A stretch of 64,000 bases of DNA from an uncultured Actinomycetes bacterium. GTDB taxonomy: Bacteria; Actinomycetota; Acidimicrobiia; IMCC26256; PALSA-555. Each line of letters opens with the position of its first letter. Within the stretch, counting starts at the first letter, position 1. Positions 1 to 7,225 of the stretch are shown one piece after another. The stretch is taken from contig CAIUKV010000038.1 in NCBI GenBank assembly GCA_903899845.1, positions 346 to 64,345 of the forward strand, in the 5' to 3' direction. Below the pieces are notes generated by a model that was not told where the DNA came from, did no database searches, and saw only the letters and a list, made by a program, of their open reading frames with translations. The position numbers and the translations under genes were made by a program.

Positions 1-414
1 CCCGTCGGCGGCGAGGTGCAGCTCGTCGTCGTTGAGGTGCCCGGCCCCACCCGTGATCCGCTCGCGGCGCGCGTAGTTCTGGTTCTGCGCCGCGAACGAC
101 AGGTACGCGATCGTGCCCCGACGGCCCGAGATCCGGTAGTCGTGGCTCGGGTCGATCCCGGCCGACATGTAGACGTTGTCGGGGTTGTCGAGCCCGAACC
201 CGGCGTGGGGTGGCAGCCGGCGAAACTCGGGGCGCAACGGGCCCGGGTTCTCGAGGGCGTTGACCAGGCCGACGCCGAGCAGTCGGGCGAGGTAGCGCAG
301 GCCCTCGCCCCGGTCGAGGTCGGTGAGCCCCAGGTCGGGCCGCTCGAGCAGGCTCCCGGCCTCCTTGCACAGGTCGCAGAACTCGTTCCACACCTCGGTC
401 GCGCTCGGCTCCAC
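1..414 (-). CDS. DUF1214-like protein, N-terminal part (gene runs off left edge)
   Basis: Absent from the ORF track because there is no stop in the window. Hand translation from GTG at 414 gives VEPSATEVWNEFCDLCKEAG..GLRYLARLL..DNPDNVYMSAGI..YRISGRRG, colinear with the paralog at 40985-42106. GGAGG lies about 9 nt upstream. Confidence 0.65.
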   Translation of the reverse strand, partial: MEPSATEVWNEFCDLCKEAGSLLERPDLGLTDLDRGEGLRYLARLLGVGLVNALENPGPLRPEFRRLPPHAGFGLDNPDNVYMSAGIDPSHDYRISGRRGTIAYLSFAAQNQNYARRERITGGAGHLNDDELHLAADG

Positions 415-501
415 CGCCGGTCCCCCTCCCGCTCGGGCCCCGACGGCCGTCCCCGGCCCCGGGTCCGGTCCCGTCGTTGGCGCCGGGAGGGTATCGCTCC
501 C

Positions 502-507
502 TAGCGT
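502..507 (+). promoter_or_regulatory. -10 box TAGCGT, leaderless start ATG 515
   Basis: TANNNT 7 nt upstream of the start, no SD. Confidence 0.45.
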
Positions 508-514
508 GGGTGCG

Positions 515-1072
515 ATGACCACCACCGCACCCCCGACCGTCCGGGCCCTCAACCACGTCGAGCTCGTCTACGCACCGGGCGACCGGGACCGGGCCCGGGC
601 CCTGTTCGAGCTGCTCGGCTTCGAGATCCGCGACTCCGGCGGTCCGTTCCTCACCGGCATGATCGCCACCGGCCAGCAGGACTTCGCCAACAACGCCTGC
701 TACGCCTCCGAGGTCACCCCCGAGCAGTGGGCGCTCGAGGAGGCGCTGCGGGCCGCGCTCGCCGACGGTCCGCTCGCCGGGCCGGCCACCGGGTACCTCC
801 GGGACCTCGCCGCCCACCCGCAGCGGTCGTGCCACTTCGGCATCCGCTACCCGACCGCCGCGGACCTCGACACCGTGCTCGACCGCATCGCCACCGTCGC
901 CGACCACACCCCCGACCTCGCCGGACGGGTCTCGGTGTCCGGGGTGTTCCGGCCCGGCGACCCCGGCTCGTACACCGACATGATGACCCAGGCCTTCGTG
1001 CGGACCGACGTGATCGCCTCGGGGCTGCTCGCGTTCGGCCAGCACATCGAGCTCCAGTGGCAGGTTCCCTGA
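515..1072 (+). CDS. VOC/glyoxalase-like family protein
   Basis: Internal ATG of ORF 323..1072. N-terminus reads VRALNHVELVYAPGDRDRARALFELLGFEI, typical of the VOC fold. TAGCGT box 7 nt upstream of the ATG (leaderless signature). Confidence 0.7.
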   Translation: MTTTAPPTVRALNHVELVYAPGDRDRARALFELLGFEIRDSGGPFLTGMIATGQQDFANNACYASEVTPEQWALEEALRAALADGPLAGPATGYLRDLAAHPQRSCHFGIRYPTAADLDTVLDRIATVADHTPDLAGRVSVSGVFRPGDPGSYTDMMTQAFVRTDVIASGLLAFGQHIELQWQVP

Positions 1073-2001
1073 TGGACACGCGCACCGTCGGACGCTCCGA
1101 CCTCACCGTCTCGGTGGCCGGTCTCGGCTGCAACAACTTCGGGATGCGGGCCGACGCCGAGCAGACCCGTGCCATCGTGCAGGCCGCGCTCGACGCCGGC
1201 ATCACCTTCTTCGACACCGCCCGCATGTACGGCGGCGGGAAGTCCGAGGAGTTCCTCGGCGCCGCGCTCGCCCCCGTGCGGGACCAGGTGGTGATCGCGA
1301 CCAAGTTCGGGGGCCGCCTGTCGCCCGACGAGACCTCGGGGTCGCGTGAGCTGGTCATGCGCGAGTGCGAGGCGAGCCTGACCGCGCTCGGCACCGACCG
1401 GATCGACCTCTACCAGATGCACTACCCCGACGCCCGGGTGCCGGTCGACGAGACGCTCCGGGCCCTCACCGACCTGGTCGAGCAGGGCAAGGTCCGCTAC
1501 ATCGGGTGCTCGAACTTCTCCGGTTGGCAGATCGCCGACGCGACCTGGACCGCGGAGACGCAGGGCCTCTCCGCCTTCGTGTCGATCCAGAACGAGTGGA
1601 GCCTGCTCGAGCGCGGCATCGAGACCGAGGTGCTCGGCGCGTGCACCCGCTTCGGTCTCGGCGTCCTGCCCTACTTCCCGCTCGCCTCCGGGGTCCTGAC
1701 CGGCAAGGTGAAGCGGGGCGAGGGCGCACCCGAGGGCAGCCGCCTCAACCTCCCCTACTTCTCCACCTACCTGACCGACGCCAATCTGGCCGCGGCCGAG
1801 CGGGTGGCGGCGTGGGCCGCGGACCGGGGCCGCACCCTCCACGACGTCGCGCTGTCCTACCTGGCGAGCGACCCGAGCACCGCGTCGGTGATCGCCGGGG
1901 CGTCGTCGCCCGATCAGGTCACGGCGAACGCGGCCGCCACGCGCACCGACCTCGGCGTCGAGGACCGGGCCGAGATCGTCGCGGCCGTCCTGGGTGGCTG
2001 A
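1072..2001 (+). CDS. aldo/keto reductase
   Basis: Real part of ORF 727..2001, starting MDTRTVGRSDLTVSVAGLGCNNFG. AKR-like blocks DTARMYGGGKSEEFLG and DLYQMHYPD. The ATG overlaps the upstream TGA. Confidence 0.9.
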   Translation: MDTRTVGRSDLTVSVAGLGCNNFGMRADAEQTRAIVQAALDAGITFFDTARMYGGGKSEEFLGAALAPVRDQVVIATKFGGRLSPDETSGSRELVMRECEASLTALGTDRIDLYQMHYPDARVPVDETLRALTDLVEQGKVRYIGCSNFSGWQIADATWTAETQGLSAFVSIQNEWSLLERGIETEVLGACTRFGLGVLPYFPLASGVLTGKVKRGEGAPEGSRLNLPYFSTYLTDANLAAAERVAAWAADRGRTLHDVALSYLASDPSTASVIAGASSPDQVTANAAATRTDLGVEDRAEIVAAVLGG

Positions 2002-3073
2002 CGACCGCCCGCGCCGCGAGGGCCGCCCCGGCGGCCGGCCGGGGCGCGGGTCGGGTGGTGGGCAAGGCCGCGACGGTGGTGGCGGGCCGGGCACCGGACG
2101 CGGCGGACGCGGGGGGCCGACGCGGGGCGAGCGGGGCGACCGACGGCGGGACAGCGGCACCCGGCGGCGCTTCCCGTCGATCCAGATCACGGTCGCGGTC
2201 GAGGACCGGGACCTCACCGGGGCGATCGCCCGCCACCGGGTGATCGAGCTGGCCGGCACCGCCGCGGCCCCGCTCACCGAGCGCGTCCTCGGCGATCTCG
2301 TCGACCGCACCCCCGACGGCTTCCTCGTCGACGTCCGGGCCCACCGCCTGCTCACCCAGCAGCCGGCGCCGATGGAGACGGTGTGGCCCGACGTGCGCGA
2401 CCGGCTGGCCCCCGCCCTGCGGGCCAAGCCGACGCTGTTCCCCGGCGAGCTCCCCCCGACCGTGCTCGACGCCGTGCTCGACCGCTTCGTGGGCCAGATC
2501 CGACCGCTGCACGAGTTCGACAAGCTCGGCTGCGTGGTCTTCCAGTTCCCCTCGTACTTCACCCCCGGCCCCGCGGCCCTCGACTACCTCGTGTGGCTCC
2601 GGGAGCGCTGCGGCGACCTCCCCCTTGCGGTCGAGCTCCGCCGCCGCGAGTGGGTCGACACCAAGCACCGCGACGAGACCCTCGCCTTCCTCGAGCAGCA
2701 CCGCCTCGGGTACGTGTGCGTCGACGCGCCCCAGGGCACCGACACCGCGGTCCCCCCGATCGCCGCGGCGACCACCGACCTCGCGGTCGTCCGCTTCCAC
2801 GGCCGGAACCTCGAGGCCTGGGAGCGTGGCGTCGACGACCCCACCGCCCGGATGCGCTACGAGTACCGCCGCCCCGACCTCGAGCCCTGGATCCCCCGGC
2901 TCGAGAAGCTCGCCGACGGGGGCCGTCGGCGCGTGCACGCGATCATGGCCACGGCGCCCGCCGACGGCGCCGGCCGCAACGCCGGGCTGCTCGTGAAGGT
3001 GCTCACCGAGCCACCCGACGCCCGGCCCGCCCCCGAGCCACCCCGCGCCGGGCCACCCCGGCGCCGGCGATGA
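1994..3073 (+). CDS. DUF72 (UPF0759) family protein with RGG-rich N-terminal extension
   Basis: ORF 1994..3073. DUF72-like blocks FLVDVRAHRLLT, VVFQFPSYF and LAVELRRREW. The first ~55 aa are Arg/Gly-rich low complexity. The GTG start overlaps the AKR stop by 8 nt. Confidence 0.75.
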   Translation: MADDRPRREGRPGGRPGRGSGGGQGRDGGGGPGTGRGGRGGPTRGERGDRRRDSGTRRRFPSIQITVAVEDRDLTGAIARHRVIELAGTAAAPLTERVLGDLVDRTPDGFLVDVRAHRLLTQQPAPMETVWPDVRDRLAPALRAKPTLFPGELPPTVLDAVLDRFVGQIRPLHEFDKLGCVVFQFPSYFTPGPAALDYLVWLRERCGDLPLAVELRRREWVDTKHRDETLAFLEQHRLGYVCVDAPQGTDTAVPPIAAATTDLAVVRFHGRNLEAWERGVDDPTARMRYEYRRPDLEPWIPRLEKLADGGRRRVHAIMATAPADGAGRNAGLLVKVLTEPPDARPAPEPPRAGPPRRRR

Positions 3074-3129
3074 CCCGGCACACGCGCCGGCGATGACCCG
3101 GCACACGCGCCGGCGATGACCCGGCACAC
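3061..3129. repeat. tandem direct repeat, 23 bp x 3 (gcgccggcgatgacccggcacac)
   Basis: Three identical units. Unit 1 contains the DUF72 stop codon. The array ends 2 nt before the -35 of the alkB-like promoter. Confidence 0.95.
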
Positions 3130-3131
3130 GC

Positions 3132-3160
3132 TGGACACGAACACCTGTTCGCTCTAGGAT
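3132..3160 (+). promoter_or_regulatory. promoter of alkB-like gene: -35 TGGACA, 17-nt spacer, -10 TAGGAT, GTG 7 nt downstream (leaderless)
   Basis: TGGACA at 3132-3137, TAGGAT at 3155-3160, GTG at 3168. Confidence 0.6.
3138..3151. promoter_or_regulatory. LexA SOS box (Cheo-type CGAAC-N4-GTTCG)
   Basis: cgaacacctgttcg is a perfect palindrome matching the Gram-positive/actinobacterial LexA consensus. It fills the -35/-10 spacer of the alkB-like promoter. Confidence 0.7.
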
Positions 3161-3167
3161 CGGGCCC

Positions 3168-3911
3168 GTGGGACCCGGTCACGCTCCCCTCCAGGGCACG
3201 CTGCTCGGCGCCGCGCCACCGGCGCTCGCCGACGCCGTCACGTTCGAGCGCGTCCACCTCGACCGGCACTCGTGGGTCGACGTCGCCCGGGGCTGGCTCC
3301 TCGGGGCCGAGACCTGCTTCGACCACCTCGTCGCCACCGTGCCCTGGCGCCAGCACCGACGCCGCCTGTTCGGCGAGCTCGTGACCGAACCCCGCCTGTC
3401 GCGTTGGTACCGCCGCGACGACCCGTTCCCGCACCCCGTCTTCGGCCCGGCCCGGGCTGCCCTGACCAGCCGGTACGGCGTGCGGTTCGGCGGCTTCGGC
3501 CTCAACTACTACCGGACCGGACGCGACAGCGTCGCCTGGCACCGCGACACCGAGCTGCGCAACCTGCACCGCACGCTCGTCGCCGTGATCACCCTCGGGG
3601 CGACCCGCCCGTTCCTCGTCCGGCCCTACCGGGGCGGCTCCTCGGTGGACCTGCGCCCGGGATCAGGTGATCTCCTGGTGATGGGCGGGCGGGCCCAGGC
3701 CGACTGGGAGCACTGCGTCCCCAAGGTCGCCGCCGCCGGCCCCCGGATCAGCGCGACCATGCGCTGGGCGGCGCCGCCCGTCCGGCGTCAGTCGGCCGAC
3801 AGCGCCTTGTGCTCCGACCTCAGCCCGAAGGCCAGCACGATCTCGCCGATGCCCCGGAACAGCGCGGTGAGGCCGACCCAGATGATGATCAGCGCGGCCC
3901 GGGCCGGGTAG
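3168..3911 (+). CDS. alkB: AlkB-family 2OG/Fe(II) dioxygenase (oxidative DNA/RNA demethylase-like)
   Basis: HxD in AWHRDTE, distal His in DWEHCVPK, RxSxTxR in RISATMRW. Leaderless GTG behind a -35/-10 promoter. The C-terminal ~40 aa run antisense into the next gene. Confidence 0.8.
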   Translation: MGPGHAPLQGTLLGAAPPALADAVTFERVHLDRHSWVDVARGWLLGAETCFDHLVATVPWRQHRRRLFGELVTEPRLSRWYRRDDPFPHPVFGPARAALTSRYGVRFGGFGLNYYRTGRDSVAWHRDTELRNLHRTLVAVITLGATRPFLVRPYRGGSSVDLRPGSGDLLVMGGRAQADWEHCVPKVAAAGPRISATMRWAAPPVRRQSADSALCSDLSPKASTISPMPRNSAVRPTQMMISAARAG

Positions 3912-4369
3912 TACTGCTGCGAGGCCCAGAAGCCCAGCAGCACCTCGATGATGCCGACGGCGAGGCCCAGGCCCCAGAGCCCGTTGACCTCCTTCGTCAT
4001 GACCGCGGCGATGATGTCGAACGCGCCCTTCAGGATCAGCAGGAGGCCCAGCACCGAGGCGAGCGCCCAGAACGCCTCCTTGGGCTGGATGAACGCCCAC
4101 AGCGCGCCGAGCAGGAAGACGATCCCGAGGATGACGTTGAGCCACTTCCCCCGGGGCACGAGCCCGGCGATCACGAACTCGTTGACGCAGGCCACCGCGA
4201 AGACGATCCCGATGATCAGACCGACCGTGGTCACGGACCTCTCGTCGAAGCGGAGCACGACGAGGGAGATGATGAACCAGAGGATCCCGGTGACGAGGAA
4301 GACCCACCAGAGGCCCGACACCTCACGGGCGAGTTCACGCTCGGACACGGGCTGCGGGGCGACGGACAT
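3788..4369 (-). CDS. HdeD/DUF308 family membrane protein
   Basis: ORF 3788..4369. Six hydrophobic helices with repeated GxxxxxxG-type DUF308 spacing (GLIIGIVFAVACV, GIVFLLGALWAF, GLLLILKGAFDI). GAGGAGG SD upstream. Confidence 0.8.
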   Translation of the reverse strand: MSVAPQPVSERELAREVSGLWWVFLVTGILWFIISLVVLRFDERSVTTVGLIIGIVFAVACVNEFVIAGLVPRGKWLNVILGIVFLLGALWAFIQPKEAFWALASVLGLLLILKGAFDIIAAVMTKEVNGLWGLGLAVGIIEVLLGFWASQQYYPARAALIIIWVGLTALFRGIGEIVLAFGLRSEHKALSAD

Positions 4370-4444
4370 CGCACACCTCCTCGGAAGGTCCCCCCGACCC
4401 TAACGGAACCTGTCGTCGCGCGGGTGGACCGCCCCGGACGCGCC

Positions 4445-4470
4445 GGGGGCCGGGATCGCTCCCGGCCCCC
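4445..4470 (-). terminator. stem-loop (11-bp GC stem, 4-nt loop) downstream of the PLDc_N/SHOCT gene
   Basis: gggggccggga-tcgc-tcccggccccc, 24 nt after the stop at 4494. No U-tract. Confidence 0.5.
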
Positions 4471-4493
4471 GATCCGCGCGGCGTGCCGTCGGC

Positions 4494-4901
4494 TCAGCCT
4501 TCGATGACCTTGGCCCGCATCTTCTGGTACTCGGCGTCCGAGATCGAGCCCGAGGCCTTGAGCTGGTCGAGCTTCATCAGCTCGTCGGCGGAGCCGGTGC
4601 CCACGAACTGGCGCAGCTGCTCACGCTCGGCCTTGATCTGCTCGACGTTGCGCTCGGCCATGCCCTTGTGCTGGGTGAGGATGTAGATCAGGATCCCGAG
4701 GAACGGGAAGAGGATCACGCCGATGACCCACAGCGTCTTGGCGAGCCCGCCGATGTCGTGGCGGCGGAACACGTCGGCGAAGACCGTGATCAGGAGCCAG
4801 AACCAGATCACGAACAGGAAGATCCAGACGAGCCAGAGCAGGAACTCGCCGACGGACGGCGTCCCGCTGGTGGCCCCGAGGATGGCGGGGAGAACGGACA
4901 T
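4494..4901 (-). CDS. PLDc_N-domain membrane protein with C-terminal SHOCT domain
   Basis: ORF 4494..4901. Two TM helices with the FADVFRRHD..KTLWVIGVILFPFLGILIYIL pattern, and a C-terminal LKASGSISDAEYQKMRAKV (SHOCT-like). GGAGG SD upstream. Confidence 0.8.
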   Translation of the reverse strand: MSVLPAILGATSGTPSVGEFLLWLVWIFLFVIWFWLLITVFADVFRRHDIGGLAKTLWVIGVILFPFLGILIYILTQHKGMAERNVEQIKAEREQLRQFVGTGSADELMKLDQLKASGSISDAEYQKMRAKVIEG

Positions 4902-5007
4902 GGTGGTGTGACCTCCGGGTCGGGGGCGCCCACCGGGCGCCGACCGGTGACCCTACCGCCTGCGCCGGGCCCGGGCCGGGGACCGTCGGCCCGTCGTCAC
5001 CCGGCGT

Positions 5008-6183
5008 TCACCACTCCAACCGCAGGTCGGTGGCCTGGCGGATCGCCGGCGAGAAGTGCAGGTCGACGTCCGGCGCGATCCGGTAATCGGGGATCCGGGC
5101 GTGGAACTCCTCGATCGCCACCCGCAGCTCCATCCGGGCCAGGTGCGACCCGAGGCAGCGGTGCGGCCCGGCCCCGAAGGCGAGGTGCCGGTTGCGCTCG
5201 CGGTCGAAGTCGACCGCCTCGGCGTCGGTGAACTCGGCCCCGTCGGTGTCGGCGGCCCCGAGGAGCATCACCGCGGTGTCGCCCGCCCGGGCCTCCACCC
5301 CCCCGATGGTGACGTCCTGGGCCACGACCCGGGGCACCATCACCACCGGGGTCTCGGTGCGCAGCAGCTCCTCGATCACGGCGTCGATCCGGGTCGGGTC
5401 GGCCACCACCGCCCGGCGCCGGTCGGGGTGGCGGGCGAGGTAGGCGACCATGCAGTCGAGGGTGGCGGTCACCGTGTCGAGCCCGCCGAGCATCAGCAGG
5501 TGGCACATCCCGAGCTGCTCGCCCCGGGTGAGCGGGCGGCCGTCGACCTCGCCGACCGCGATCCGGGCCATGAGCCCGTCGTCGGGTGCGTCCCGCTTCT
5601 CGTCGAGGGCGCGGTCGAAGTAGGCGGTGATCTGCTGACCGACCCGGTCGCGGATGCGCTGGGCCTCGGCGGGGTCGGTGGTGTCGGGTCGGATGGTGTC
5701 GTCACGCCACTGGAGGAACTGCCCGAGGTCGTCCTGGGACATGCCCATGAGCCGCAGGAAGATCGCCGAGGGCAGCGGCGTGGCGAACTCCTCGTGGAAG
5801 TCGCACGATCCCCGGTCGGCGAAGGTGTCGACGAGGCGGTGCACCAGGACCCGCACGTCGGGCTCGAGCGCGCGCATCTTGATCGGCGAGAACTCGGGGT
5901 CGAGCATGCGGCGGTACTTCGCGTGCTCCGGGGGGTCCACCTGGAGCGGGATCAGCGGATGCTCCTGGCCGATGTTCACCGCCCCGGGCGCCGACGAGAA
6001 GACCTCGGGGTGACGCAGCGCCCACATGACGTCCTCGTACCGGCTGAGGTAGAGGGTGTGGGCGTCGCCGCCCGCCCAGCCCGCCTCCCGTGAGACCGGG
6101 CACTCCGAGCGGATGCGCGCGTAGGTGCCGTGGGGGTCGTCGGCGGCCTCCTGGGTGAACAGCAGCGAAGCGACGTCGGTCAC
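5008..6183 (-). CDS. cytochrome P450
   Basis: ORF 5008..6183. Heme loop FGAGPHRCLG, ExxR in EELLRTET, I-helix LLMLGGLDTV. Confidence 0.95.
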   Translation of the reverse strand: MTDVASLLFTQEAADDPHGTYARIRSECPVSREAGWAGGDAHTLYLSRYEDVMWALRHPEVFSSAPGAVNIGQEHPLIPLQVDPPEHAKYRRMLDPEFSPIKMRALEPDVRVLVHRLVDTFADRGSCDFHEEFATPLPSAIFLRLMGMSQDDLGQFLQWRDDTIRPDTTDPAEAQRIRDRVGQQITAYFDRALDEKRDAPDDGLMARIAVGEVDGRPLTRGEQLGMCHLLMLGGLDTVTATLDCMVAYLARHPDRRRAVVADPTRIDAVIEELLRTETPVVMVPRVVAQDVTIGGVEARAGDTAVMLLGAADTDGAEFTDAEAVDFDRERNRHLAFGAGPHRCLGSHLARMELRVAIEEFHARIPDYRIAPDVDLHFSPAIRQATDLRLEW

Positions 6184-6196
6184 GGGGTCTCCTCGG

Positions 6197-6250
6197 GTCG
6201 GGGGTCTCGGATGCGTCGGGGGTCTCGGATGTGTCGGGGATCTCGTGCGG
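6197..6250. repeat. tandem direct repeat, 18 bp x ~3 (gtcgggggtctcggatgc)
   Basis: Two near-identical units and a degenerate third, 14-67 nt upstream of the P450 start at 6183. Confidence 0.85.
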
Positions 6251-6285
6251 TCGGCGTGCGGCCGGGTCGCCTCAGGCGCGTCGGC

Positions 6286-6573
6286 TCAGGCGCCCCGGCT
6301 CGCGGCGCGGATCCGGTGGCTGTTCGAGTACGTGGTCACGTCGACCACGAACGCGAAGATCACGAGGAACCAGCCGAACCCGCTGACCCCGCCGCGTGGC
6401 GCGCTGGCCACCACCCACCCGAGCGTCGTCCAGGGCAGGAAGAGGAAGCCGAGCACCGGAATCCAGAACGAGTCGAACGCCGCGTCGACCCGGGTGCGGT
6501 CGAACAGCCACACCAGGAAGAGCGCGAAGCGGGGCGACACCGCGGCGACGAGGAGGACGAGGCATCCGCACAC
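6286..6573 (-). CDS. small integral membrane protein (about 95 aa, 3 TM)
   Basis: Downstream part of ORF 6286..6654. The GTG at 6573 is preceded by TACGCT with a 6-nt gap (leaderless signature). Hydrophobic segments CLVLLVAAV, IPVLGFLFLPW and FGWFLVIFAFVV. Confidence 0.55.
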   Translation of the reverse strand: MCGCLVLLVAAVSPRFALFLVWLFDRTRVDAAFDSFWIPVLGFLFLPWTTLGWVVASAPRGGVSGFGWFLVIFAFVVDVTTYSNSHRIRAASRGA

Positions 6574-6579
6574 GCCGCC

Positions 6580-6585
6580 AGCGTA
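6580..6585 (-). promoter_or_regulatory. -10 box TACGCT, leaderless start GTG 6573
   Basis: TANNNT 6 nt upstream of the start on the minus strand. Confidence 0.45.
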
Positions 6586-6605
6586 GGCCGCACCGGGGGC
6601 CGCCG

Positions 6606-6611
6606 TAGATT
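6606..6611 (+). promoter_or_regulatory. -10 box TAGATT, leaderless start ATG 6618
   Basis: TANNNT 6 nt upstream of the start. Confidence 0.5.
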
Positions 6612-6617
6612 GCCGGG

Positions 6618-7193
6618 ATGCTCTGCGTGTTCGCCGGCTCGGCGCCCGGTGCACCCCGGGAGGACCTCGCCCTCGCCGGCGCGGTCGGGGCTGCGCTGGG
6701 CGGGGCCGGCGTGCCCATCGTCTACGGCGGCGGGTCCACCGGGTGCATGGGCGCGATGGCCGACGCCGCGCTCGCGGCCGGGGCCCGGGTGGTCGGGGTG
6801 GTGCCGACCGGCCTGTTCACGGCCGACGAGGTCCACGCCGGGATCGATCTGGTCGAGGTCGCCTCCCTGCACGAGCGCAAGCAGGTGATGCTCGACCGGG
6901 CCGAGGCCTTCGTGGTCCTCCCCGGTGGGCTCGGCACCCTCGACGAGCTCGGGGAGGTGCTCACCTGGGCCCAGCTCGGCATCCACGCCAAGCCGACCGT
7001 GCTCGTGGATCCCGAGGGCTACTGGCGTCCGCTGGTGGAGTGGATCGACCGCGCCGTGCTGCGCGGCTACGTGTCGGTGCCCGCCCGCGACTTCCTCGTC
7101 TCGGTCCGCCACGCCGCCGACGTGCTGCCCGCGGTCCGGGCCTTCGTGGCTCCCGCCGCGACCCGCGGGCCACTCTCCCTCGACCAGGCCTGA
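6618..7193 (+). CDS. LOG family protein (TIGR00730-type nucleotide 5-prime-monophosphate nucleosidase)
   Basis: ORF 6618..7193. GGGSTGCMG and PGGLGTLDE (PGGxGTxxE) motifs. TAGATT lies 6 nt upstream of the ATG. Confidence 0.9.
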   Translation: MLCVFAGSAPGAPREDLALAGAVGAALGGAGVPIVYGGGSTGCMGAMADAALAAGARVVGVVPTGLFTADEVHAGIDLVEVASLHERKQVMLDRAEAFVVLPGGLGTLDELGEVLTWAQLGIHAKPTVLVDPEGYWRPLVEWIDRAVLRGYVSVPARDFLVSVRHAADVLPAVRAFVAPAATRGPLSLDQA

Positions 7194-7225
7194 CCGGTCA
7201 CCGGTCCGGTCGGCCGATCGTGCGC

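Noticed and set aside
847-2562. 571-aa minus-strand ORF covering the AKR and DUF72 genes.
   Set aside because: Arg/Pro/Gly-rich composition with no recognisable motif. It lies antisense to two ORFs with clear family signatures, which makes it a typical high-GC shadow ORF.
3061-3129. Whether the short tandem repeats here and at 6197, 16717, 19143 and 53048 could be CRISPR arrays.
   Set aside because: The units are directly adjacent with no spacers, there are only 3-5 copies, and no cas genes are present. These are simple tandem duplications.
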